Positions 30,494 to 41,282 are shown, counted from the first letter of the stretch. The stretch: DNA of 64,000 nt from an uncultured Aliarcobacter sp. (GCA_963664305.2 CAXXLV010000001.1:672001-736000), one strand, 5' to 3'. The notes: generated by a model not told the origin, from the sequence alone. Made by a program: numbers and translations.

Positions 30494-31858
30494 TTAATCC
30501 TCCATTACCCAAGTATCTTTAAATCCACCACCTTGAGATGAATTAACTAAATAATTTCCTGCTTCCATCGCATATCTTGTTAATCCACATTGCCAAACTT
30601 TTGGTTCTTCTGCCATTACAACATAAGCTCTAAAATCAGCTTTTCTTGGAACAATTTCATCATTAATGAAACACTCTTCATCATAAAATTCTATTAATTC
30701 TTGAGCTATAAATCTTCTAGGATTTGCATTTATAATAGTCTTTAAATCTTCTAATTGGATTTTTGACATTGCATGTCCAAACATAACTCCATAACCACCA
30801 GCTTCTGCAACATCTTTGATAACTAATTTATGCATATTTTCAAATACATATTTTTTATCATTTTCAAAATATGGTAAATATGTTGGTGCATTTCTAAGAA
30901 TTGGTTCTTCACCTAAATAATATTCAATCATTTTTGGAACAAAATAGTAAATACCTTTATCATCAGCAATACCGTTTCCAGGAGCATTCATAATTGCTAC
31001 ATTTCCAGCTAAATATGCTTCCATAATTCCTGGAACACCTATCAAACTCTCTTCATTAAAGAATTTTGGGTCTAAGAATTCATCATCTAATCTTCTATAA
31101 ACAGCCCCTACTTTGATTAGTTGCCCATTATAATTTTTGAAATATAAAATCTTATCTTTTACAACAACTTCATCATTTCTTACAAGTTGTGCACCAATTT
31201 TTCTAGCTAAATAAGCATGCTCATAATAAGCAGAATTAAATCTACCAGGAGTTAAAACTACATTTATTCCTCCACAACTAACATAATTCATTGCTTCTTC
31301 TAAAATTGATGGATAACCTTTTATAGGTTTTATCTTTAGTTTTTCAAAAAAATCTGGATAGATTTTTCTATAAGTATCACGAACAGATAAAGGATAACTA
31401 GCCCCACTTGGAACTCTTAAGTTATCTTCTAAAATAACCCAATCATCTGTAATTGTATCTTTTACTAAATCTATACCATTTATATGTGTTCGGATTTTTT
31501 TATTTGGAGAGAAACCTTCAAGCTCTTTTAAATAGCCTTTGGCTTGAAAAATAAATTCTTCTGGAATAACTTTGTCTTTGATAATTTTTTTATCTGTATA
31601 TAAATCTTCTAAAAAAAGATTTAAAGCCTTAATTCTTTGAGATAGCCCTTTGTCCATCTTATCAAACTCTTTTGAATCTATTATTCTTGGAATAACATCA
31701 AAAGGAAGTGATCTTTCAATAAAATTTCCATCTTTATAAAGGTTGAAATTTACCGCGAACTTATCCATATATTTTTGGAATTCATCAATCTTCAATCTAT
31801 CTTGCTTAGAGAATATATCCCAAAACAATTCACTCTTTTCATTTTTTGTATCTAGCAA
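30494..31858 (-). CDS. Circularly permuted type 2 ATP-grasp protein
   Basis: PFDVIPR, LEDNLRVPSG.SY, TPG.FNSAYYEH, YRRLDD, VNSSQGGG.KDTW. Confidence 0.93.
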   Translation of the reverse strand: MLDTKNEKSELFWDIFSKQDRLKIDEFQKYMDKFAVNFNLYKDGNFIERSLPFDVIPRIIDSKEFDKMDKGLSQRIKALNLFLEDLYTDKKIIKDKVIPEEFIFQAKGYLKELEGFSPNKKIRTHINGIDLVKDTITDDWVILEDNLRVPSGASYPLSVRDTYRKIYPDFFEKLKIKPIKGYPSILEEAMNYVSCGGINVVLTPGRFNSAYYEHAYLARKIGAQLVRNDEVVVKDKILYFKNYNGQLIKVGAVYRRLDDEFLDPKFFNEESLIGVPGIMEAYLAGNVAIMNAPGNGIADDKGIYYFVPKMIEYYLGEEPILRNAPTYLPYFENDKKYVFENMHKLVIKDVAEAGGYGVMFGHAMSKIQLEDLKTIINANPRRFIAQELIEFYDEECFINDEIVPRKADFRAYVVMAEEPKVWQCGLTRYAMEAGNYLVNSSQGGGFKDTWVMED

Positions 31859-31937
31859 CTCACACCTCCTAAACTAATAAATTCTAGTCTTTATTATCTG
31901 AGAAATTACTAAATAATTACTTTCTTTTTTCTTTTTA

Positions 31938-31955
31938 TTGTATATTAAATAAACA
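31938..31955 (-). promoter_or_regulatory. Dyad operator upstream of amidoligase operon 2
   Basis: Minus strand TGTTT-ATTTAAT-ATACAA. Confidence 0.45.
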
Positions 31956-31982
31956 TTTTCCTTTGTTTAGTTTATAATCTAT

Positions 31983-32018
31983 AAAAAAAGGGAGAAGATG
32001 TATAATCTTCTCCCTTTT
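31983..32018 (-). terminator. Intrinsic terminator downstream of typA
   Basis: AAAAGGGAGAAGAT-loop-ATCTTCTCCCTTTT with A-tract on the + strand. Confidence 0.8.
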
Positions 32019-32122
32019 GAATAATTTTTGATAAAACTATTTTTTATTATGCAAATTTTTCTTTTTTTCTCAACATTGAAGCTAAAGCTTCAAGTTTCGC
32101 TTAAGAAAAACTTATTCTATTA

Positions 32123-33937
32123 TTAAGCGAACTTCTCTTTTTTTGCAGTTCTTTTTCTAACTGTTGGGTCTAATTCTCTTTTTCTTACTCTTACAGATAA
32201 AGGAGTTACTTCAACTAATTCATCATCTTCAATCCACTCTAAAGCATTTTCTAAAGACATTGTTCTTGGTGGAACTAATTTAATAGCTTCATCAGCACCT
32301 GAAGATCTAACGTTTGATTGAGCTTTTCCTTTAATAGGATTTACATCTAAATCGTTATCTTTTGCGTGTTGACCAATAACCATACCAACATATACTTTAT
32401 CTTGAGGTTTAATGAACATTACACCTCTATCTTGTAAGTTGAAAATTGAATAACCTAAAGCTTCTCCATTTTCCATAGATACTAAAGCTCCATATTTTCT
32501 AGATTCAACTGTTCCTGAATATGGTCTGAATTCTAAGAATGAGTGATTCATAACACCCTCACCTTTTGTTTCAGTTAAGAATTCTGTTCTAATACCGATT
32601 AATCCTCTTGCTGGAATTTCAAACTCAAGTCTTGTATAACCTTCACCCATTGGTACCATGTTAGTCATAGTAGCTTTTCTTTTTCCAAGTTTTTCAATAA
32701 TTGCACCTGAAAATTCATCTGGTAAGTCAATTACTAAATGTTCAAATGGCTCCATTTTAACACCATTTTCTTCTCTAATAATAACTTCTGGTCTTCCTAT
32801 ACAGAACTCAAAACCTTCTCTTCTCATATTTTCAGCAAGAATAGTAATTTGAAGCTCACCTCTTCCGTTAACTTTAAATTTACCTTCACCAATTTGCTCA
32901 TAACCCATAGCAATATTAGTGTTCATTTCTGCTTTTAATCTCTCATCAATTTTGTTTGAAGTAACAAATTTACCTTCTGTTCCTGCTAATGGAGAATCAT
33001 TAACTGCAAAAGTAACAGATAAAGTTGGCTCTTCAATATGCATTGGGTCAAGTGGCATTGGATTTGCTGGGTCACATAAAGAATCTCCAACATCAATTGT
33101 TTCAAAACCAGCAACAGCACAAATATCACCTGCACCAGCAGTTTTAATATCTATTCTTTCTAAACCTTTAAATCCAATAAGTTTAGAAACTCTTCCTTTT
33201 ACTTTTTCTCCATCTGCTTTACATAATAAAACTGTTTCACCTTGAGAAATTGTTCCATTAAAAATTCTAGCGATTCCGATTTTTCCAATGAAGTTATCAT
33301 AATCTAAAGTAAATACTTGAAGTTGTAATCCATTTTCATCATCACCTTGTGGTTTTGGAACTTCTTTTAAAATAGTTTCAAATAATGGTTTTAAATCCAT
33401 ATTTCCATCATTTGCATCATATCTAGCATATCCATCTCTTGCTGCTGCATAAATAACTGGGAATTCTAATTGCTCTTCGTTTGCATCCATTTGTGCGAAT
33501 AAGTCAAATACCTCATCAACAACTCTATCTGGCTCAGCTGCTGGTTTATCAATTTTATTTACAACAACGATTGGTCTGTGTCCTAAAGATAATGCTTTTT
33601 TAACAACGAATTTTGTTTGTGGCATTACTCCTTCTTGTGCATCAACAAGAAGTAAAACAGAGTCAACCATTTTTAAAACCCTCTCAACTTCTCCACCAAA
33701 ATCGGCGTGTCCTGGAGTGTCAATAATGTTAATTCTTACACCTTCGTAATCAATAGCTGTATTTTTAGAAAGGATTGTAATCCCTCTTTCTTTTTCGATA
33801 GCATTACTATCCATAACTCTTTCATCAACATTTTGATGTGAAGAAAAAGTTCCTGATTGTTTTAGTAATTCATCAACTAGTGTTGTTTTACCGTGGTCAA
33901 CGTGTGCAATTACTGCGATATTTCTAATGTCTCTCAT
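32123..33937 (-). CDS. typA: Translational GTPase TypA/BipA
   Basis: [41 protein letters not shown]. Confidence 0.98.
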   Translation of the reverse strand: MRDIRNIAVIAHVDHGKTTLVDELLKQSGTFSSHQNVDERVMDSNAIEKERGITILSKNTAIDYEGVRINIIDTPGHADFGGEVERVLKMVDSVLLLVDAQEGVMPQTKFVVKKALSLGHRPIVVVNKIDKPAAEPDRVVDEVFDLFAQMDANEEQLEFPVIYAAARDGYARYDANDGNMDLKPLFETILKEVPKPQGDDENGLQLQVFTLDYDNFIGKIGIARIFNGTISQGETVLLCKADGEKVKGRVSKLIGFKGLERIDIKTAGAGDICAVAGFETIDVGDSLCDPANPMPLDPMHIEEPTLSVTFAVNDSPLAGTEGKFVTSNKIDERLKAEMNTNIAMGYEQIGEGKFKVNGRGELQITILAENMRREGFEFCIGRPEVIIREENGVKMEPFEHLVIDLPDEFSGAIIEKLGKRKATMTNMVPMGEGYTRLEFEIPARGLIGIRTEFLTETKGEGVMNHSFLEFRPYSGTVESRKYGALVSMENGEALGYSIFNLQDRGVMFIKPQDKVYVGMVIGQHAKDNDLDVNPIKGKAQSNVRSSGADEAIKLVPPRTMSLENALEWIEDDELVEVTPLSVRVRKRELDPTVRKRTAKKEKFA

Positions 33938-34031
33938 TGGTTCTCTTTATTTAAATTTTCGCGATTATACTAAATTTTAGCTTAAATACAGATATTCACA
34001 TAAAATTTAAAAATATGAAAGATGAACAAAA

Positions 34032-34075
34032 ATTCATATTACATTCATCTTTTATTCATCAATTTAATATATACT
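34032..34075 (+). promoter_or_regulatory. Triple direct repeat (OmpR/PhoB-type site) and -10 of eptA
   Basis: ATTCAT at 34032, 34043 and 34054 (11-bp period), then TATACT at 34070. Confidence 0.55.
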
Positions 34076-34104
34076 TTCATAAAATTATTTTATAAAGGCA
34101 AATT

Positions 34105-35724
34105 TTGAAGAAACTTTCTCAATATAAACTAATAATATTAAGTGCAATATTTTTTGCAATATTTTATAATTACTCTTTTTTTACAAACGTTGTAAAAACT
34201 TATGGATTTGAGAGTTATAATAAAATTTATGTAATTTCTACTTTTATATTATTAATTAGTTTTCTAACTCTATTTTTCACAATATTAAGTTCGAAATATA
34301 CAACTAAACCTATTTTATTAACTACAATTGTTATATCTGCATTTACTGCATATTTTATGGATACATATCATGTAGTTATAGATAGTGAAATGATTAGAAA
34401 TAGTTTACAAACTAATCTTGCTGAATCTTCTGACTTATTCAGCTTTAAACTTGTTTTATATATATTCTTTTTGGCAATTATTCCTAGTTATTTTATTTAT
34501 AAAATAAAAATTGAATATAAGCCATTTAAACAAGAATTATTAGCAAAATTAAAAACTATTGTTTTATCTATTATGGTAATTCTAATTATTCTATTTAGTT
34601 TTAATAAATTTTATACATCTTTTTTTAGAGAACATAAACCTTTAAGATTTAATGTAAATCCTATTTATTGGATATATAGTATTGGAGACTATATCAATAA
34701 ATCTATAAATAGTGGACCTATTGTTTTAAAAGAGATAGGGCTTGATGCAAAAATAATTCCCGAAAAAACAAATGATGGAAATATAAAAAGAGAGTTAATA
34801 ATAATGGTTGTTGGAGAAGCTGCACGTGCTGATAGATTTTCTTTAAATGGTTATGAAAAAGAGACTAATCCATTATTAAAAAAAGAAGATATTATAAATT
34901 TCTCAAACATGTATTCATGTGGAACTGCAACTGCTCAATCAGTTCCATGTATGTTCTCTATTTTTGATAAGGCGGATTATGATTATAAAAAAGGAATTTC
35001 AACACAAAATGTATTAGATGTTTTAAATCATACTAAGGATGTTAACATTTTATGGAGAGATAATAACTCTGATTCAAAAGGAGTTGCATTAAGAGTTGAT
35101 TTTGAAGATTATCGAACTTCACAAACAAATACAATGTGTGATGATGTAGAATGTAGAGATGAAGGAATGATAGTAGGTCTTGATGAATATATCAAAAATC
35201 ACAAAGATAAAGATATATTAATAGTTCTTCATCAAATGGGAAATCATGGACCTGCATATTATAAAAGATATCCAAAAGAGTTTGAAAAATTCACTCCAGT
35301 TTGTAAAACAAATCAACTTGAAGAGTGTACACAAGAAGAAGTAAGTAATGCCTATGATAATGCGATTTTATATACTGATTATTTCTTATCAAAAGTAATC
35401 AACTTCTTAAAACCATACTCAAATGATTATGAAACAGCTATGCTTTATATGAGTGACCATGGAGAAAGTTTAGGTGAAAATGGATTATATTTACATGGAA
35501 TGCCATATATGATTGCACCAATTGAACAAAAACATATTGGTTCACTCCTATGGATAGGTGATGGAATGAAAAAAGAGATAGATATGGAAAAATTGAATTC
35601 TTATAAAAATAAAGAGTTCTCTCAAGATGATTTATTTCACACTCTTTTAGGATTTTTTGAAGTAAAAACAGAAGTTTATAAAAAAGATATGGATATTTTA
35701 AATGACGCAAGAAAACCTGAATAG
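34105..35724 (+). CDS. eptA: Lipid A phosphoethanolamine transferase
   Basis: N-terminal TM domain; VVGE.AR, CGT.TA.SVPCMFS, H.MG.HGP.Y, SDHGESLGE, YLHG. Confidence 0.93.
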   Translation: MKKLSQYKLIILSAIFFAIFYNYSFFTNVVKTYGFESYNKIYVISTFILLISFLTLFFTILSSKYTTKPILLTTIVISAFTAYFMDTYHVVIDSEMIRNSLQTNLAESSDLFSFKLVLYIFFLAIIPSYFIYKIKIEYKPFKQELLAKLKTIVLSIMVILIILFSFNKFYTSFFREHKPLRFNVNPIYWIYSIGDYINKSINSGPIVLKEIGLDAKIIPEKTNDGNIKRELIIMVVGEAARADRFSLNGYEKETNPLLKKEDIINFSNMYSCGTATAQSVPCMFSIFDKADYDYKKGISTQNVLDVLNHTKDVNILWRDNNSDSKGVALRVDFEDYRTSQTNTMCDDVECRDEGMIVGLDEYIKNHKDKDILIVLHQMGNHGPAYYKRYPKEFEKFTPVCKTNQLEECTQEEVSNAYDNAILYTDYFLSKVINFLKPYSNDYETAMLYMSDHGESLGENGLYLHGMPYMIAPIEQKHIGSLLWIGDGMKKEIDMEKLNSYKNKEFSQDDLFHTLLGFFEVKTEVYKKDMDILNDARKPE

Positions 35725-36412
35725 ACAGATTTTAATTACAACTATTTTATTAATAGTTGTAATCTGTCTATTCCAATTTACAAATCTTGATATTTATATT
35801 CAATCAACTTTTTATGATTTTGATACAAAAAGTTGGTTTATAAATAAAGATGAACCTATATTAAAATTCTTTTTATATGATGGGTTAAAAAAAGCTATTA
35901 TTATTTTTAATGTTTTAATATTAATAGCTTTACTATTTTTTAGAAAAAAGCAAATAGTTCAAGAGTATAAAAAAGGTCTTTTAATAGTTTTACTTTCAGC
36001 TATTTTTATTCCAAGTATCATTGGGAGTTTAAAAGCTATTACAAATACTCCTTGTCCTTGTAATATTGTAAAATTTGGAGGAACTTATCCTGAAAAAAAA
36101 GTTTTTGATTCATTTCCTTCAGATTTTGTACAAACTTCAAAAGCAAAATGTTGGCCAGCAGGTCATGCTAGTGGTGGCTTTGCTTTAATGTCACTATTTT
36201 TCTTATTTAAAAAACCAAAACATCAAAAAATTGCTCTTATAGGAACAATAATTTTAGCTTGGAGTATGGGAAACTATAAAATGCTTTTAGGGGACCATTT
36301 TTTAAGTCATACTATAATCACTATGCTTTTAGCTTGGATTATTATTCTAATAATTGTAAAATTCATTTCATTTAGACAAAAGGAAATTCTTGAGAAACCA
36401 ACCAAAATATAA
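35702..36412 (+). CDS. PAP2 family phosphatase
   Basis: K......CP, CWPAGHASGG, G.HFLSH. Confidence 0.88.
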   Translation: MTQENLNRQILITTILLIVVICLFQFTNLDIYIQSTFYDFDTKSWFINKDEPILKFFLYDGLKKAIIIFNVLILIALLFFRKKQIVQEYKKGLLIVLLSAIFIPSIIGSLKAITNTPCPCNIVKFGGTYPEKKVFDSFPSDFVQTSKAKCWPAGHASGGFALMSLFFLFKKPKHQKIALIGTIILAWSMGNYKMLLGDHFLSHTIITMLLAWIIILIIVKFISFRQKEILEKPTKI

Positions 36413-36749
36413 TTTTTTTAAAAATACATCTTATGCATTAAAAGGATTAGTTGATTTAATAAAAACGGAAACTTCATTTAAAATTGAGTTGATTATAACT
36501 CTTATTTTATTACCCGTTATCATCTTTATTGATACAACTTTGACAAACAAAGCTTTAATGTTTATTACCTTAATGGGTATGATATTAGCAGAAACAACAA
36601 ATAGTGCAATTGAACGTGTTGTTGATTTAGTAACTTTAGAACATCATGATATGGCAGGACGAGCGAAAGATGTTGGTAGTGCAATTGTGTTTTTAAGTAT
36701 TTTTATTTTTGTTATTACTTGGCTTATTATTTTAATAGATATTTTTTAA
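36390..36749 (+). CDS. dgkA: Diacylglycerol kinase
   Basis: E..F..E, E..NSAIE.VVD, AKDVGSA. Confidence 0.92.
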   Translation: MRNQPKYNFFKNTSYALKGLVDLIKTETSFKIELIITLILLPVIIFIDTTLTNKALMFITLMGMILAETTNSAIERVVDLVTLEHHDMAGRAKDVGSAIVFLSIFIFVITWLIILIDIF

Positions 36750-36752
36750 ACT

Positions 36753-36770
36753 TTGTCAAGAAATTGTCAA
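36753..36770 (+). promoter_or_regulatory. Tandem direct repeat, candidate OmpR-family site
   Basis: TTGTCAA-N4-TTGTCAA upstream of the cytochrome operon. Confidence 0.5.
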
Positions 36771-36837
36771 TTAACTTCACAACAAAAATTTAAACTATTC
36801 CTCTAAACTTCTAATAATAAAAATATTAGGAGGAATT

Positions 36838-37239
36838 ATGAAAGCTTTAATTATTACAGCTTTAGTTGCAAGTCTTGGTTTTAGTGCAACAGTTGATGAC
36901 TACTTAAACTCTCTAAAACAAGAAGTTTTAAAAGAGAATCCATCTTTTAAAGGTTTTGATGTAAAAAGAGGTGAAGAGATTTTCACTTCAAAACATATAG
37001 GGAAAAAAGGGAAAGAGATTTCATGTACAAGTTGTCATGGAACAAATTTACAAAAATCTGGAGAAAATATCTTTACAGCAAAAGTTATAGAACCACTTTC
37101 TCCAAAAGCTAATAAAGAGAGATTTACAGATGTTGCTACTATTGAAAAATGGATGAAAAGAAACTTCAATGACGTTTACAATCGTGAAGGAACAGCACTT
37201 GAAAAAGGTGATGTAACTACATACATCATAAATCAATAA
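36838..37239 (+). CDS. DUF1924 / SHP-like monoheme cytochrome c
   Basis: Signal peptide, CTSCH, I.PLSP.AN..RFTD, EKW.KRN. Confidence 0.85.
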   Translation: MKALIITALVASLGFSATVDDYLNSLKQEVLKENPSFKGFDVKRGEEIFTSKHIGKKGKEISCTSCHGTNLQKSGENIFTAKVIEPLSPKANKERFTDVATIEKWMKRNFNDVYNREGTALEKGDVTTYIINQ

Positions 37240-37249
37240 AGGATAAAAA

Positions 37250-37762
37250 ATGAAATATTTAATTTTTTTAGGTTTAATGATAAACGCTCTATTTGCTGAA
37301 GGATATTCTTCAACACCAGATGTAGCACCTGTTAAAAATGATTTATATATAAAAGAGTGTGGAAGTTGTCACTTCCCTTATCAACCAGGATTACTTCCAA
37401 GTAATGCGTGGAATAAAATGATGGCAAATTTAGATAATCACTTTAATAGTGATGCAACACTTGATGATAAAACTTTTCAAACTTTATCAAAATATTTAAA
37501 TGATAATAGTGCAGAAAAAAATATGCAATATAAAAGAAGTAATAGAATTGTTTCTAGTTTAAGTCCAAATCAAATACCTGATTCTATTTCTACTACACCT
37601 TATATGGTAAAAAAACACAGAGAAATTAGAAAAGATTTAATTACTCAAAAAGAGGTAAAAGGTCTATTTAACTGTATAGCTTGTCATACAACTGCTGATA
37701 AGGGAATATATAGTGAAAGAGATATAAAAATCCCAAATTTTGGTAGATGGGAAGATGATTAA
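37250..37762 (+). CDS. Diheme cytochrome c
   Basis: ECGSCH..Y.P.LLP, NCIACH. Confidence 0.9.
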   Translation: MKYLIFLGLMINALFAEGYSSTPDVAPVKNDLYIKECGSCHFPYQPGLLPSNAWNKMMANLDNHFNSDATLDDKTFQTLSKYLNDNSAEKNMQYKRSNRIVSSLSPNQIPDSISTTPYMVKKHREIRKDLITQKEVKGLFNCIACHTTADKGIYSERDIKIPNFGRWEDD

Positions 37763-37772
37763 AGGATAAATC

Positions 37773-38889
37773 ATGGAGAAATCATATATTTGGTCACTGC
37801 CAACAAGAGTTTTTCACTCTTTGTTTGCAGTTTTTATATTGTTAGCATATTTAACAGATGATGATAAATTATTGAATTATCACGCTGTTATTGGTTATGC
37901 AATATTAATTCTTTTGATTTTTAGAGTTTGTTGGGGCTTTTTTGGGCCTAAATATTCAAGATTTAAAGATTTTCCAATAGGTAAAAAAAATGTAAAAGAA
38001 TTTTTAAATAATCTTTTTGAAGAAAATCAAAAATATCTAGGACATAATCCACTTGCTTCTTATGTAATGATAGCTATGCTTGTAGTTGTATTTCTAACAA
38101 TATTTACAGGTGTTTTAGCTTTTGGGATACAAGAAGGAAAAGGAATATTATCTTTTTTAAACAACTCTTATTTCAAAGAGATGAAACTATTTAAAGAGAT
38201 TCATGAAATATTAGCAAATATTCTTATTGCTTTAATTGTTGCTCACGTAAGTGGTGTGATTGTAGATAGATTTTTACATAAAAAACATGAAACATTAAAC
38301 TCAATCGTTACAGGTTATAAAGTAACAAATGAAAATGAAAATATTAAACTAAATATTTTTCAAAAACTTTTTGCTCTGCTAATGTTTGTTCTGTTTATAG
38401 GATTTTTAGTATTTAATTTAATAGAGCCAAAAAATGTTCTTATTGCTTCAAAGTTTGAACCAATAGATTATAAAACACAAAATGAAGTTTTTGTAACCGA
38501 GTGTGGAAGTTGCCATACTCTGTATCCCTCCCAATCTTTTGCCTAAAAAATCATGGGAACTTATCATGGGTGATTTAGAAAATCATTTTGGAGATGATGC
38601 TTCACTTGATGTTGAAACAAACAAAAATATATTGGCTTTTTTAGTAAAAAATAGTGCAGAAACTTCTACGATGCAAGCTAGTTGGAATTTTTTAAATTCG
38701 ATTGGAAATAAAGATATAATAGCGTTAAGCCAAACTGATTATTGGAAAAGAAAACATAAAGAGATTCCAAAAGAGATTTTTGAAAATGAAAAAATCAAAA
38801 GCCAAGCAAACTGTAAAGCTTGTCATAGTGATATAGAAAAAGGATTAATTGAAAATGAAAATATTAAAAATATTTCTGATTTTAAGTAG
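37773..38889 (+). pseudogene. Cytochrome b fused to diheme cytochrome c, interrupted by a +1 frameshift
   Basis: TRVFH, GHNP, EIHE, ECGSCHTLY in one frame; PPNLLP...CKACH in the next; extra C in CCC 38526-38528. Confidence 0.8.
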
Positions 38890-39238
38890 TCTACTTTTAG
38901 TTCTAAATGCTGATGAAGATAAACATAAACACTCTTACAAGAATCTTGATTATTTAGATTTAAATGACTCTCAAGTAAAAGCTATAAAAAAAGCTTTACT
39001 TGAATTGAAAAAAGATTATAAAAATTTTTATGAATACAAAGATGAACAAGAACATATTTTAGAAAATATTATAGAAGCTGAAAATTTTAATGATGAATTA
39101 TATTATAAAACTTTAATAGATTTAAAAACAAAAGCAGCAAAACTTGAGATTGAAAGAATAAAAAGAATACATGAAATTTTAGATGAAAAACAAAGAAAAA
39201 AATTTGCTGATTATCTAGAGGAGTGGGAAATTGAATAA
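38855..39238 (+). CDS. Periplasmic Spy/CpxP-like protein
   Basis: Signal peptide, LDLNDSQ and IL.EKQRKKF (LTxxQ-like) motifs, next to a two-component system. Confidence 0.65.
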   Translation: MKILKIFLILSSLLLVLNADEDKHKHSYKNLDYLDLNDSQVKAIKKALLELKKDYKNFYEYKDEQEHILENIIEAENFNDELYYKTLIDLKTKAAKLEIERIKRIHEILDEKQRKKFADYLEEWEIE

Positions 39239-39893
39239 AAAAGTTTTATTGATTGAAGATGATTTACAAATGCAAAAATTCATAATCGAATATTTAAAAG
39301 ATTATGGATTTGATTGTACTGCTTTTGACCAACCTAAAGATGCAATTGAAAATTTTAAAGAAAACGATTATTCAATCATAATTCTTGATTTGATGCTTCC
39401 TGAAATGGATGGTTTTGATTTATTTAAGAAATTAAAACAAATCAGAAATACTCCAATAATTATCTCAAGTGCAAGAGGAGATATTGGAAATAAAATCCAT
39501 GGTTTTGAACTAGGAGCAGATGATTATCTTGCAAAACCTTATGAACCAAGAGAATTAGTTTTAAGAATTGAACATATTTTGAAAAAAAGTTTTAATAAAA
39601 CTATGAATATTGGTGATTTTGTAATTGACAAGGAAAATCGTACAGTTTTTATGGATAATTATCCTATTGATTTTACAAAAATTGAATTTGAGATTTTTCT
39701 ATTTTTAATTGAAAATCAGAATAAAATCTCTTCAAGAGAGCAAATTTTAAATGCAACTTCTTTAGATATCAATACAAAAAACAGAACAATTGATATGCAT
39801 ATTTCAAACATTAGATATAAGATTGGTGATGATTCAAAAAATCCAAAATATATCAAATCTGTTTGGGGTATAGGTTACAAATTTGTAGGTTAA
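39231..39893 (+). CDS. OmpR family response regulator
   Basis: IEDD, LDLMLP, GADDYLAKP, R.IDMHIS..R.K, VWGIGY. Confidence 0.95.
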   Translation: MNKKVLLIEDDLQMQKFIIEYLKDYGFDCTAFDQPKDAIENFKENDYSIIILDLMLPEMDGFDLFKKLKQIRNTPIIISSARGDIGNKIHGFELGADDYLAKPYEPRELVLRIEHILKKSFNKTMNIGDFVIDKENRTVFMDNYPIDFTKIEFEIFLFLIENQNKISSREQILNATSLDINTKNRTIDMHISNIRYKIGDDSKNPKYIKSVWGIGYKFVG

Positions 39894-39894
39894 A

Positions 39895-41085
39895 ATGTCA
39901 ATATTAAAAAAAATATCTTTTCTATTTATTATAAGTTTAGTCTTAATGACTATTATTGGTTCTTGGATTGATAATATCAATTCAAAAAGAATGGATAATC
40001 TTGTAAAAGAAAAATACCTAAAAGTAATAGAAGATATTTTTAGAAATATTGAAAATAAAAACTATATAAATTCAGTTTTTCAAAAAAATCAACTTGAACT
40101 TTTAAAAGATTTTGAACAATCAAATGAAGAGATAATTTATGAACAAAACTATACTTTAGGGCATATTATTATTCTAAAAAAATCTTTTGGTGATGAGTTT
40201 ATAATAAGAATAAAATATTTAGATGAAGAGTATATTTTAAAAACTCCCGATGAACAAAATCTAAATGACAAAACTATTTTAAATCTTCTTGTATTTTTGG
40301 ATATATTTACTCTTTTATTGATTTTTTTATATATCATAAAACTTTTATCTCCACTAAAAACTATAACTAAAGAGATAACAAATTTTGCTTCTGGTGATTT
40401 ATCAACAAGAATAAATATAAAATCAAAAGATGAGATAGGAACTTTAGCAAACACTTTTAATAGTATGGCTACTTCATTAGAAAACTCTATAAAAACAAGA
40501 GAAGAACTTTTAAGAGATATTGGGCATGAACTAAGAACTCCAATAGCAAAAGGAAAATTTGCTATTGAAAAAATAGATGATTTTTCTCAAAAAGAGTTAC
40601 TTAAAAAGATTTTTTCTGATTTAGAAACTCTAACAAATGAATTGATTGAATTAGAAAAATTAAATCTTGCCAAATTAAATATAACAACATTTAGTGCAGA
40701 AACTTTAGTTTTAGAATCATTAGGAAAATTATATTTGGAAGATGAATCAAAAATAGAAATAGAAATAAATGAAGATTTTAAAATAAATGCCGATTTATAT
40801 TATCTTTCAATTGCCGTAAAAAATCTAATTGATAATGCTTTAAAATATGCAACTTCATTCCCAATAATCATAAAAGTAAATAAAAATGAACTATCTATTT
40901 CAAATAAAGGAAAACAACTCTCTAAAGAGTTTGAATATTATTTAAAACCTTTTACCCAAGAGTTATCTCAAAGGGATGGTTTTGGTTTAGGATTAAGTAT
41001 TGTAAAAAAAATTATCGATAAACATAACTTCCAACTTTTATACTCTTACAAAGATGATTTTAATATTTTTCAAATCAAACTATAA
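39895..41085 (+). CDS. HAMP domain sensor histidine kinase (ArsS-like)
   Basis: Two TM helices, HAMP, HELRTP, NLIDNALKY, GFGLGL. Confidence 0.95.
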   Translation: MSILKKISFLFIISLVLMTIIGSWIDNINSKRMDNLVKEKYLKVIEDIFRNIENKNYINSVFQKNQLELLKDFEQSNEEIIYEQNYTLGHIIILKKSFGDEFIIRIKYLDEEYILKTPDEQNLNDKTILNLLVFLDIFTLLLIFLYIIKLLSPLKTITKEITNFASGDLSTRINIKSKDEIGTLANTFNSMATSLENSIKTREELLRDIGHELRTPIAKGKFAIEKIDDFSQKELLKKIFSDLETLTNELIELEKLNLAKLNITTFSAETLVLESLGKLYLEDESKIEIEINEDFKINADLYYLSIAVKNLIDNALKYATSFPIIIKVNKNELSISNKGKQLSKEFEYYLKPFTQELSQRDGFGLGLSIVKKIIDKHNFQLLYSYKDDFNIFQIKL

Positions 41086-41282
41086 AATTATTGGTAAATA
41101 ATATTTTACTTTTTCAATCATTATTAAGTAAGATTTGATTATTATTCCTCCAAGATTTGTGGTACAAATAGAGATATATAAATTATTTTAATCTCATCAA
41201 TTAATCAGGATAGTCATACTTTTAGACTCATAAAAGTTTTATCCAATTTCAAAATTAAAACATATTGTCAGGAGAATATTGA

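Noticed and set aside
41100..41282. Possible riboswitch or Rrf2 site in the yedE leader (ATTTGT-GGT-ACAAAT hairpin; ATCTCATCAATTAATCAGGAT)
   Set aside because: No recognisable SAM or Moco core; similarity to the 7050 dyad is weak
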